Below are positions 22,858-33,500 of a stretch of DNA of 64,000 nucleotides, piece after piece (positions within the stretch are counted from its first letter, which is position 1; every line of letters begins with the position of its first letter). This stretch comes from Piromyces finnis finn. Lineage: Eukaryota > Fungi > Neocallimastigomycota. Location: assembly GCA_002104945.1 (NCBI GenBank), contig MCFH01000001.1, forward strand, positions 62,001 to 126,000, in the 5' to 3' direction. Both the position numbers and the translations under genes were made by a program. The notes under the pieces were generated by a model, which saw only the letters and a program-made list of their open reading frames with translations, was not told where the DNA came from and did not search any database.

Positions 22858-25800
22858 TCATTTCTTTTCGTTGAATTCCTTAAGTAGCTCTGGACAATTC
22901 AAATTATTTTCTGGCTCCCAAGATGCTTCAGATATCGGATATCCTTTCCATTTAATTAGGTATTGGACTTTACCATAATATCTTCTTTTGTCCAATATCT
23001 CCTCAACTTCAAATTCTTCATTATTATCCACAATAACTGGTGGAGGTGGCGGTTGCTTTCTTTTGAACTTATCTTCATGGTAGGGTTCCAATTCTGAAAC
23101 GTGGATGACTGGATGAATACGAATTTCTTTTGGTAACTCCAATTTGAAAGAAACTGGTGATATTTTTTCAATTATTTTGTACGGACCAAGTTTTCTAGGT
23201 TTTAACTTCTTATTACCATTCCGCATTATTAGAGAACTGTTAATCCAGACCTTATCATTTACCTTGAGTTCAGGAGCTTTACTTCTGTGTTTGTTTGCAA
23301 ATTTTTCTTGTTGATCAATAGATTTCTTTAAGTTATCTTTAAGAGTTTTAATTATTTCTTTGAAATTTCTTGTAAATTCATCCGCAATTGGTACATCGGT
23401 ACGACTTGGTAAAATTGGAGAATGTTTCGGATTATAGCCGTAGTTAGCAAAAAATGGTGAAGTTTTAGTAGATTCTTGAACGGCATTGTTGTAACTGAAT
23501 TCGGCAAGATGTAAGAATTTGTACCAATTGGAACCTTTATAATTTGAGTAACACCTTAAGTATTGTTCTACAACGGAGTTTACCCTCTCTGTCAGTCCGT
23601 TAGTTTGGTGATGGTAGGATGAAGAAAATTTTAGGTTTATATCGAAAGATTTACAAATAGAATTCCAGAATTTAGAGGTAAATTGAGTACCTCTATCCGA
23701 AAGAATTTCATTAGGTAATCCATGGAGACGAAAAACGTTGATCATGAAAGCATCAGCAGTAGCGGAGGCAGAAGGGATGTTTTCAAAAGGAATAAAGTGG
23801 CATAATTTAGTTAATCTATCGGTGACTACGAGAATGCAAGTATACTTTTGAGAAGGTGGAAGATCCGTAATAAAGTCTATAGATACGGAAGACCAAGGAC
23901 GTTCAGCAATTTCCAAAGGAGAAAGAAATCCATAAGGTTTGTGTCGAGAGTCCTTCGAACGGCAGCATATTTCACAAGTCTTTACATATTCTTTTACATC
24001 AACAGAGAGAAAAGGCCACCAAAAATCACGAACAATAAGGGAAGTAGTTTTCTTTAGTCCGAAGTGTCCAGCTGAGGGTGAGTCGTGACAAATTTTAAGA
24101 ACTTCCAAACGACAATCTTGGGGAACATAGATCCTATCATTGAATAATAATACACCATCTTGAATTTTAAAGTTTTCGATTTGCGAATGAGGGACAGGTG
24201 GAATTTGAGTTTCTAAGTATTTGCATACTTCAAAGTAGAATTTATCATCTTTGCTATTTGAAATGATTTTATCCATAAGGGGGTTGTTATCCAGAACCAG
24301 GGCACAAAAATTTTCGGGTCTAAGAACGGAATTTGGAGTATCATTGGAATCCTTAAAATTTTCAAAGTAATCTGGTCTTCTGGATAAAGCGTCAGGTTTA
24401 CCATTAGCAGAACCCGACCGATAAACAATAATAAAATTAAACTCGGCAAGAAACAAAGACCAATGAACTAATCTTTGTGTCATTTTTTCGGGTTTCTTCT
24501 GGTAAAGCAAATTCCTGTGATCCGAGAAAATTTTGAAAGGCTGAGCAGTCCCCTTAAGTAAATGACGCCAATTTTCTAAAGCAGCTACAATTGCTAAAAG
24601 TTCTTTATCGTAAATCGGATAGTTCCTTTCAGAAGAACTAAGCGATCTGGAGAAGAATGCTACAGGGTGAACCGTATTGTCTTTTGGATTCGTTTGAGAA
24701 AGAATGGCTCCTATAGCAAAATTACTTGCATCCGTTTCAACCATGAAAGGTATATCGCGATTCGGGTATGCAAGAACAGGAGAAGAAGCAAATTTGGTCT
24801 TGATTAAATTAAAAGAATTCTCACACTGATGAGAGAAGTAGAATTTAACATCCTTTTTAAGTAATGCATTAAGTGGTTGTGCGAGATCAGCAAAACCGGC
24901 AATGAATCTTCTATAATAATTAGCTAACCCAAGGAACGCTTGAACTTCTTTAACGTTTCTAGGAGTTGGCCATTCCAGGATAGATGAAATTTTCTTTGGA
25001 TCCATTAATATTCCATCAGACGATATACGATGACCTAAAAAATCGATAAATGGGACAAAGAACTCACATTTTTCAAGTTTTGCATAAAGTCCGGCTTTTC
25101 TAAGTCTTTTAAGTACTTCTTTGACTTGTATAACATGAGTTTTAAAATTTTCCGAAAATATAATAAAGTCATCAATATAACTGAAGACAAATACTCCCAA
25201 GATTCCATCAAGCACATCATTAATGAAATGTTGGAATACTGCAGGCGCGTTCTTCAAACCAAACGGCATTACAGTATATTCAAAGTGTCCATACTTGCAA
25301 GTAAAAGCAGTTTTGAATTCATCACCTTCTTTTATCCTCACAAGATTATAAGCTGATCTTAAATCAAGTTTGGAGAAGATGTTGCTTTTACCTAAGTGCT
25401 CCAACATGTCGTTAATTAATGGTAAAGGGTAGGAATCACGGACTGTGATTTCATTTAATTTCCTATAATCTTGACATAGACGTAGCTCACCACTTTTTTT
25501 CGGAACAAAAAGTACTGGGGCACCTGCCGGTGATTTTGAAGGTCTGATGAAACCTTTTCGCAAGTTTTCATCAATGTATTCCTTCAATGCCATTGATTCT
25601 TTGTCCGTTAAAGGATAAATCGGTCCATAAAAAAGTTTAGAGTCCGGTTTAAGACGGATTTCACAGTCGTATTGCCTGTGAGGCGGCAATTGTTCAGCGG
25701 CTTTTTCATTAAATACGTCTTCAAAGGCTTGGAGTTCAGCAGGAAGAAAAACTTCTTTATTGCTTGGAGGGTTGATGGTGGAATCATTATTTTTAGGAAG

Positions 25801-26265
25801 ATTTTTTGTTGAATCATGGATATAAGAATTTGTTGAAGTGCTACAAGAAGATTTGGAATCATTAGAAATAGAAGAAATAGCATAAGTAGGGGCAACGTTA
25901 GGAATAACAGAGCAATATGACAGACAGAAATTTGAATTAAAAGATAATTCTTTTTCAACGAAGTTAATATTAGGGTTGTGCTGATGTAACCATTCAGCAC
26001 CTAAGATGCCACAATATCCCGGAAGGTCTACAATATAGAATATAGTTTTACATTGGTGGTTTTTGTATTTGATCGAAATTGGGATAGATTTACCTAAGAT
26101 TTGTTGTTCCCCACCAATGCCAGAGATTTTGTTGAAAGAGACGGATTTATCAAAAGGAATATTATTTTCTTCGGCAAAGACCACATCTAGTAGGTTAAGT
26201 TGAGATCCTGAATCAATTAGTAGTTTAGTATTCACGGAGACGTCGGAAGTAAAGTTGGAACTCAA
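22858..26265 (-). CDS. Family-C Pol: aspartic protease, RT, RNase H, integrase and chromodomain (1135 aa)
   Basis: [26 protein letters not shown]...CEICC, GPY/F module, and [11 protein letters not shown]...[15 protein letters not shown]. Confidence 0.95.
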   Translation of the reverse strand: MSSNFTSDVSVNTKLLIDSGSQLNLLDVVFAEENNIPFDKSVSFNKISGIGGEQQILGKSIPISIKYKNHQCKTIFYIVDLPGYCGILGAEWLHQHNPNINFVEKELSFNSNFCLSYCSVIPNVAPTYAISSISNDSKSSCSTSTNSYIHDSTKNLPKNNDSTINPPSNKEVFLPAELQAFEDVFNEKAAEQLPPHRQYDCEIRLKPDSKLFYGPIYPLTDKESMALKEYIDENLRKGFIRPSKSPAGAPVLFVPKKSGELRLCQDYRKLNEITVRDSYPLPLINDMLEHLGKSNIFSKLDLRSAYNLVRIKEGDEFKTAFTCKYGHFEYTVMPFGLKNAPAVFQHFINDVLDGILGVFVFSYIDDFIIFSENFKTHVIQVKEVLKRLRKAGLYAKLEKCEFFVPFIDFLGHRISSDGILMDPKKISSILEWPTPRNVKEVQAFLGLANYYRRFIAGFADLAQPLNALLKKDVKFYFSHQCENSFNLIKTKFASSPVLAYPNRDIPFMVETDASNFAIGAILSQTNPKDNTVHPVAFFSRSLSSSERNYPIYDKELLAIVAALENWRHLLKGTAQPFKIFSDHRNLLYQKKPEKMTQRLVHWSLFLAEFNFIIVYRSGSANGKPDALSRRPDYFENFKDSNDTPNSVLRPENFCALVLDNNPLMDKIISNSKDDKFYFEVCKYLETQIPPVPHSQIENFKIQDGVLLFNDRIYVPQDCRLEVLKICHDSPSAGHFGLKKTTSLIVRDFWWPFLSVDVKEYVKTCEICCRSKDSRHKPYGFLSPLEIAERPWSSVSIDFITDLPPSQKYTCILVVTDRLTKLCHFIPFENIPSASATADAFMINVFRLHGLPNEILSDRGTQFTSKFWNSICKSFDINLKFSSSYHHQTNGLTERVNSVVEQYLRCYSNYKGSNWYKFLHLAEFSYNNAVQESTKTSPFFANYGYNPKHSPILPSRTDVPIADEFTRNFKEIIKTLKDNLKKSIDQQEKFANKHRSKAPELKVNDKVWINSSLIMRNGNKKLKPRKLGPYKIIEKISPVSFKLELPKEIRIHPVIHVSELEPYHEDKFKRKQPPPPPVIVDNNEEFEVEEILDKRRYYGKVQYLIKWKGYPISEASWEPENNLNCPELLKEFNEKK

Positions 26266-27093
26266 AGACTGGTTGTTTCAGATTGGGATTATCGGAGAAT
26301 CTTATTCTAGGCTTCTTTTCAGGAGTAGTGTTAGAAATATGAGTCCCAGCTGATTTTTCATTTTTACTTCTTTTTGGGCAGTTACTTAACTTATGATCTG
26401 GAGAACCACAATACAGGCAGAGATTTTCCTTAATTCTTCTAGCTTTTTCTTCTGAGGAAAGCGGTCCATAAGTTTTCTTATTTCTTGAAGTGAAAGGTTT
26501 TCTATTTACTTCAGTTCTTCGGTTTTGAGTAGTGTTATTAGAATGATTGTTGTTGAAGAATCTTCTGTTGGTATCGATTCTAGAATCGATTCTTGATGCA
26601 ATAACTTGTAAATTTAATAGCGTTTGTGGACCGGGAAACATTTCTAAAATCCTATTGGCGACTTGATCTTGTAGTCCAGCTAAGAAGGCGTCCATTTTTG
26701 CACTTTCGTTCCAAGAGGAGTCATCGGAGTATCGGTTAAATTCAAGAATATATTTTTGAATCTCACCGATTTTTCTTTGCTTTATATAGTTCGAAGTTTT
26801 TGATTAGCCACAAACGTTGAGTCGTTGTCACCAAATACAGATTTAAGCTTGGCAACAAATGAGTCATAATTTAATAGGCATTCATCATGATTGTGAATTA
26901 ATGATGCAGCCCAATTCAAAGCTTCACCATATAGTCTCGAAATGATATAAACGATTTTTGTTTCGTCATCCGCGTAACGCTCTGGGTAGACCATAAAAAT
27001 TAATTCTATTTTGGCAAGAAAACCCTTAAAGAAACGACGATTTCCAGCGAAACCATCCTTCAACGTAGCATTATTCATCAATTCTTCATCCAT
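26225..27093 (-). pseudogene. Family-C gag, split by a 1-nt insertion near 26783
   Basis: Capsid-like N-terminal half (26782-27093) and a C-terminal half with the Zn knuckle CLYCGSPDHKLSNC. Removing one T restores IKQRKIGEIQKYILEF. Confidence 0.85.
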
Positions 27094-27149
27094 TTTCTTT
27101 ATTTTATTTATAATATCTAATTTTAATTTAATTTAATCAGTATAATATA

Positions 27150-27300
27150 TCCAAAAGAATCCAAGAGAATCCAAGAGAGTCCAAAAGAATCCAAAAGAGT
27201 TCAAGAGAGTCCAAAAGAGAGTCCAAAAGAGAGTCCAAAAGAAAGTCCAAAAGAGTTCAAAAAAGTCCAAGAGAGTCCAAAAGAGTTCAAGAGAGTCTAA
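27150..27300. repeat. Tandem array of 10-12-nt units (CCAAGAGAGT-like) in the family-C 5' UTR
   Basis: CCAAAAGAAT CCAAGAGAAT CCAAGAGAGT ..., about 14 imperfect units. Confidence 0.9.
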
Positions 27301-27386
27301 GAAAATTCAGGAAGGTTTCAATAAGTTAAAAAAATTTTTTTTAAAATAAATAAATTAATTAAGGTAAAGGGAATATGATACAACCG

Positions 27387-27396
27387 GTGTTTTTAT
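27387..27396 (-). promoter_or_regulatory. Self-priming PBS of family C
   Basis: ATAAAAACAC directly follows the LTR on the minus strand and is complementary to GTGTTTTTAT inside the LTR (27560-27569). No TGG. Confidence 0.7.
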
Positions 27397-29091
27397 TGTA
27401 ACGCGATTCTATATAAAGAATTTATTAATGTAGGAATTAATAATATTTATATAGAAAAATAAATTTTGTATTCCCTATAAGTCAATGAATTTATTTATTT
27501 AAAATAATTTTTTATTATTATTAAATTTTTTAAAAATAAAGATTTAAATTTAAAAGTTAATAAAAACACAACTATTTAATTTTTGATTCACATCACTTCT
27601 ATTTATACTTTTTCTAAATCTGATGTGGCTAAATTAAAAATTAAATTTTCTTTCTTAATTATTCTTTAATTATTTATTAAAACTCAGTTTAAATTATATT
27701 TTTGTTATAAAATAAACATAGTATAAATAACATTTTAAATAGTAAAATAGGGTTATATTAATTAAATTAATTACTTTAAAATAAATTGTTTCTTTTATTT
27801 ATTATTCATTATTATTTTAAAACATATTAATATTTTATTTTAAAAAGTTAAAACAGAAAGAAAATTATAAATACATGTAATTATTTCCTAATTTAAAAAT
27901 CAATCAATACTTTTAATAAATGTATTAAATAAAGAGTTGATTCAAAAATATATTTTAAAATTGTGTTTTTAAAACATAACTTTTATATTTTGTTAATAAT
28001 CGTTATGTCGAATTAAAATATTTCAAATAACTTTATAATAAAAACTTATTTTAAATCTTTTTTTTTTATATAAATTGATAAGAATATTATCACTTTTATA
28101 ATTATTTAATTATAAATTAAGATAATATTAAACACTTATCAGATTTTGTTAAGGAATGAACATAAATAGTTGAATTAGCTAGAATTTTAGGATTTAACCT
28201 CCAACTATTTATATTCCTTACTAGTGTTTAACTCTATTTTTAAAATATAAAAATTATAATATATAATTTTTATACATTTTTCTAGTAATTATTAATATTT
28301 TTATTATATAGTTATATTATTTGTATATAGTTATTTAAGACCTTTATTATTAGTATTAGTATAATTACTTATAATATTTTATACTTATAAAATTTTACAA
28401 AATTTTATTATTAAAATAGTTATAGGTATTTTATTATTATTTAAGGTTTATTTTATTAATTAACTTTATTGTATAATATTTTATAATTTTGAAATTATGA
28501 CATAGAATTTAATTATAATTTTTACTAAAAGAGGCAACTGTTACACACAAAACAGAAGATACCTCGACAGAAAAATTATTATTTATGTCTAAAAAAGGGC
28601 ATAATTAATTGAATAATATAATTTTATTATATGTCATAATTAAATATATAATATATGATATGCAAAAATGTTACACATATCATAAATTAAAAATTTATTA
28701 ATTATAAATTAAAAATTTTTCTATTCAAATATTAAGAGATTATTCATAATATATATTAAGGATTTAATTAATATATGTTACAGTGAATGATCCATATATT
28801 ATGAATGAAATCAATTTAAATCCTTAGCTATCCAAAACCATTAAATTTCAAATAATGGATAGTTGGAAAAAGTACGAGGATTTTTGAGAAAAATTTTAAA
28901 AATTGAAAAATTAAAAATAAATTAAATGAATAAAAATTAAAATTAAATAAATTTTTATTTTTATAACTATTCAAGTGTTTTGTGATATCTTATTTGAACC
29001 GTAGCAATTTGTTACAATTATAACTTTATTAATAATCTAATATTATTAATACTAATTAACCAATTATCAATAACTACTATTTTCCAACTAT

Positions 29092-29423
29092 CGTTTCAAT
29101 AGTTGAAAAATTTTCTTTATTTATACTTTTTAAATTAATTGAATAAATTCTAATATACATGTTTTAATATTATTCGTTTCAATAGTTGAAAAATTTTCTT
29201 TATTTATACTTTTTAAATTAATTGAATAAATTCTAATATACATGTTTTAATATTATTCGTTTCAATAGTTGAAAAATTTTCTTTATTTATACTTTTTAAA
29301 TTAATTGAATAAATTCTAATATACATGTTTTAATATTATTCGTTTCAATAGTTGAAAAATTTTCTTTATTTATACTTTTTAAATTAATTGAATAAATTCT
29401 AATATACATGTTTTAATATTATA
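29092..29423. repeat. Four tandem 83-bp repeats
   Basis: Unit CGTTTCAATAGTTGAAAAATTTTC... starts at 29092, 29175, 29258 and 29341. A single reverse-complement unit lies at about 42080-42170. Confidence 0.9.
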
Positions 29424-29593
29424 ATTTTACATTGTTTACATTTATCCATTTATTAGAAGAATTTATTTATATTAAACTATTTAAATTCAATTTATTTAAT
29501 AAAGAATTTTCTAAACTTAAAATAAAGTTTTGATTTATTTACTATATGGTTAATTATATTTCAAATATATATTCAATTTATTTATTTCTAATT

Positions 29594-30326
29594 TTGAGTA
29601 TAACTATATAAGTTATATGGATTAGAATTTAAAATTGTTTTTATAAAAATTAATAAAGTTGTTTTATTAAAAACACTAAATTGTTTTATTAGAAACACTC
29701 GTTTTTCTAATATTTAATTATTTAAAATTTTATTCATTTAATTATAAAAGTGATTATTAAAATTATAAAAATATCAATTAAACTATATAATATTTCTTTA
29801 TTAATAATAATAATAAGGATTAAAATAAGAATATTTACATGTATTTATATTTTCTTTTAAATTTAAACTATTTACATTAAAACAATAAAATTAATAACTA
29901 TTTACAATAAAAGTAATAAAAGTAATTAAAAATAACAATAAAAGAAACAATTAAAAGTTAAAGAATATAAAAGGTTATTTATTTTACAATTAATTAAAAT
30001 AATAATTATTTTTAATATTTTAATAAAAGTGTTTAATTATATTATTTTATAACATGAATTATTATATTTGTTTACTTTTTAAGTGTAATTTACTAACGAA
30101 ATTATTAAATATTTAATTTAACAATTAATTTAAAGTTATATATTTTGATCTCAATTAATTAAAGTTCATTGTTTTCTTTCAATAATTAAAATATATGCAG
30201 TGTTTAGGATTAATTTTATTTTAAAATTTTGGTAAAAGTAATTAATTAAACTATAACTTATTTTAAGTTACTTTTAGGGTTAACTTAAAAATCAGGTTTA
30301 ATGATAGTTTTATATTTATTAATTTC
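29594..30326 (-). repeat. Family-B LTR fragment interrupted by copia-2 (resumes at 36321-36337)
   Basis: Matches 128-870. The sequence ATTTCATTATTTATCA continues after the copia-2 TSD. Confidence 0.85.
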
Positions 30327-30584
30327 TGTCAGATAAATTTAGTTTACACTTAAATTTATTTATAAAACTATTTGGGTTTTTATAATCTTTTATTTATTTA
30401 TATTTATTTTATAATATAAATATTGTAACTTTCTTAAAATCTTTTTATTAAAAAAATAACCAAAGAATAAAAATGTAGTACAATATTAATTTATAATTTT
30501 ATAAAATACAAATACATAAAAAATACATAAAATATTATTTTGGAATGTATTTTATTTTCACACTCCCCCAAAGTTATAAATTCA

Positions 30585-33500
30585 TTATTTGTATTTATAT
30601 AATAAACTATCTCTAAATATTTTCATTTTATTTTTATTCAAGTATTTAGTAAAACCATCTGCTAAATTTTCTTCTGATTTTATATATTCTAGACTAATTT
30701 TATTTTCTTTAATTAATTCTCTTACTTTATGGTACTTAATATCAATATGTTTTGACTTTGGATTAATCGTTTCATTATTTGCGTTGTAAATAGTTGCTTG
30801 ATTATCAATATTGATTTTTAAGCATTCTTTCTTTATTTTTAATTCACTAAAAATATTTCTATACCACAGAGCTTGCTTTGAGCATTCACAAAGTCCATAA
30901 TATTCTGCTTCGGCGGTTGAAGTTGATACACATTTTTGCAGTTTTGAGTACCAGCTTGTTGGTCCATTTCCCAATAAAAATACAAATACAGTGGTAGATT
31001 TTCTTGTTTCTTCATCTCCCCCATAGTCTGAATCTACAAAAATCTTCAAATTTAAGTTTCTTTCAAAACGGATTCCATAATGAGGATTTTCTTTCAGATA
31101 TTTGAATATTTGTAATACATTCTTCCAATTTTGGATAGTAGGATTTTGTGAGAACCTAGATGCTTTGGTTACTGAAAATAAGATATCTGGACGAGTACCT
31201 ATGGCTAAATATAAAAGACTTCCTATTGCAGCTCTATAAGTAGTAGGGTCAAAAGGCTGATTGACTTGTTCATCATTCTTGATTGGTGTAGTTGTCTTTG
31301 ATCCTCTGCAGTTTTCTAAACCAAATTTGTGTAATATATCCTTTAAATACCTTTCTTGATGTAACAAATACCCATCTTTTAACGTTTCTACTTTGATTCC
31401 TATGATGAAATTTGCATCACCAACATCCGTGATAACATATTTCTCTTTAATTAATTTAATAGTTTTATCTATTTCTTCCTTTTTACCAGTTATTAGGATG
31501 TCATCAACATATATTCCAACTAAACATACTAATTTATTGTTTTTGGTCTTTATAAATATGCATGGTTCGCTAACTAATTTCTGAAATCCTAGTTCAATGA
31601 GAGTATTGCTGATGTTGTTATTCCATTCTCTTGCTGCTTGTTTTAAGCCATATAATGCTTTATTTAATTTCCATAATCCTTTTTTATACATTTTATCTCC
31701 TTCAGGTGCTTTCATATATATATCTTCCTTTAAATCTGCATACAAATATGCGGCCTTAACATCTAATTGATGGATTTTATAGTTATTAATTGCAGCTATT
31801 CCTATTAGGATTCTTAATGAGTCTTGTTTTAGAGTAGGAGAAAAGGTCTCATTGTAGTCTTCTCCATATTCTTGTGTAAAACCTCTGGCTACAAGTCTAG
31901 CTTTGTATTTTTCTATCTCACCAGTGCTATTCCTTTTTATCTTAAATACCCATCTTGAATCAATAATATTGGCGTCTTCTGGAACTTCATCTATTCTTTT
32001 GAACACTTTTCTTTCTTTCATATTTAGCAATTCGGCTTCTATTGCTTTTATCCACTTATCCTTATCTTTTCTTTTAAATATATCATTATAGGAATTTGGC
32101 TCCTTGATTTGTGCTATAGTTAGCGCCACTTCCTTAATTTTCTTCTTTTCTGGTTCATGTTCATGTGGCTTACTAAATTTTTCTTCTATGACATCTTCAC
32201 TTGGAACAAGTTTCCGCTTTCTTGGGAATTTTTCTTCCTTTCGTGGATGATTTTCATTTAATTTAAAATTTTTATTGGATTTTAATTTTCTATTTAGATT
32301 TCTCTTATTCAAAAAATTTTGTTTTGATAATAACTTTTTCTTATCAAAAAATTTTTTTTTAGATTTATCTTTATTGATTGGATCTTTAATTTCATTTTTA
32401 TTTTTTAAATTTCTCAAATTATATTCCTTTTTATTTTGATTATTTAAATTACTTTCTTTTTCATCAGAAATATTTTTAAATTTGGACTTTTCTTCAGGAA
32501 TATTGATATTTTCTTTATTCAAATTTCTTCTTATTTCATTCTCATTAATAGGTATGTAATTTTTCTTATAATATTCTTCATTCTTATAATTTACTTTTAC
32601 ATTTGAATAATTATTTTCTATTTCTTTTCTATTATTTTTATTTATATTATTTTTGACACTCTCAATATTTTCAAAATCAATTTTCTTTCTTGTTTCTAAA
32701 TCAATGTCAGGACTCAGGATATTTAAAAAATCATTATTGTCAATTTCTCCAGTTAAATCATTTATCTCCATTTCTGATGGTGTTTTTAATACTTCTTCAA
32801 TTAATTCATTTTTATTTACAATGTCTGATTTTTCTTCTATAAAATAAACATTTCCTTTTGTATTCAGGTATTTATTATTCCTTTTATTATCCTTTGATAT
32901 ATTTGAATTGTCTTTACTGTTTATATTTTTATTTTTCTTGTCGTCATTTCTCTTTATATTCACTTCTTTAATTTCACAAATTTCAGTTTCGTCAGCACTA
33001 TTATATTTTAAATTATTATATTTTAAATTATTTTCTTCCAAGGTAAAGTTATTTATATTGCCGTCGTTACTTCCTGAAATGTCATTATTGTTTTCTTTTT
33101 CTTTATTGGTTTCACTTACAGATTCCATTGAAGTACTTATTTTAATTTCTTTATTTTCTTCCATTTCTTCAATTTTCCGGTAATTATTTTTGTTCAAACG
33201 TTCTTTTTTCTTTTCTTTTAGTTTAATATAGTCTAAGAGATTTAAGTCTTCTTCTTCTGAGTCTTCTATACTCATATTACTATCATTAGTGTCCTCGCAG
33301 ACTTGCATAAAACTTTCAGAACTATTATTTTTTTCTTTATTTAATAGTGATGTGAGCTTATCCAGCTTTTCTTCTATATTTTTAAATTTTTCTTCATAAT
33401 TTACTTCTTTTAAGTCTTCTTTATTACTAGTTTTATCATTGAGTGTTTCTAGGTTTTCATTCATTAATTTATCATTTTCATTTGAAATGTCCTTTTCTTT

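Larger units (their letters stand above)
22065..27668 (-). mobile_element. Near-complete chromovirus (Tf1/sushi-like gypsy), family C; the 5' LTR is truncated
   Basis: 3' LTR 22065-22585; PPT GGAGGAGGACCA (22586-22597, minus strand); 5' LTR remnant 27397 to about 27668; gag and pol lie between them. Confidence 0.93.
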
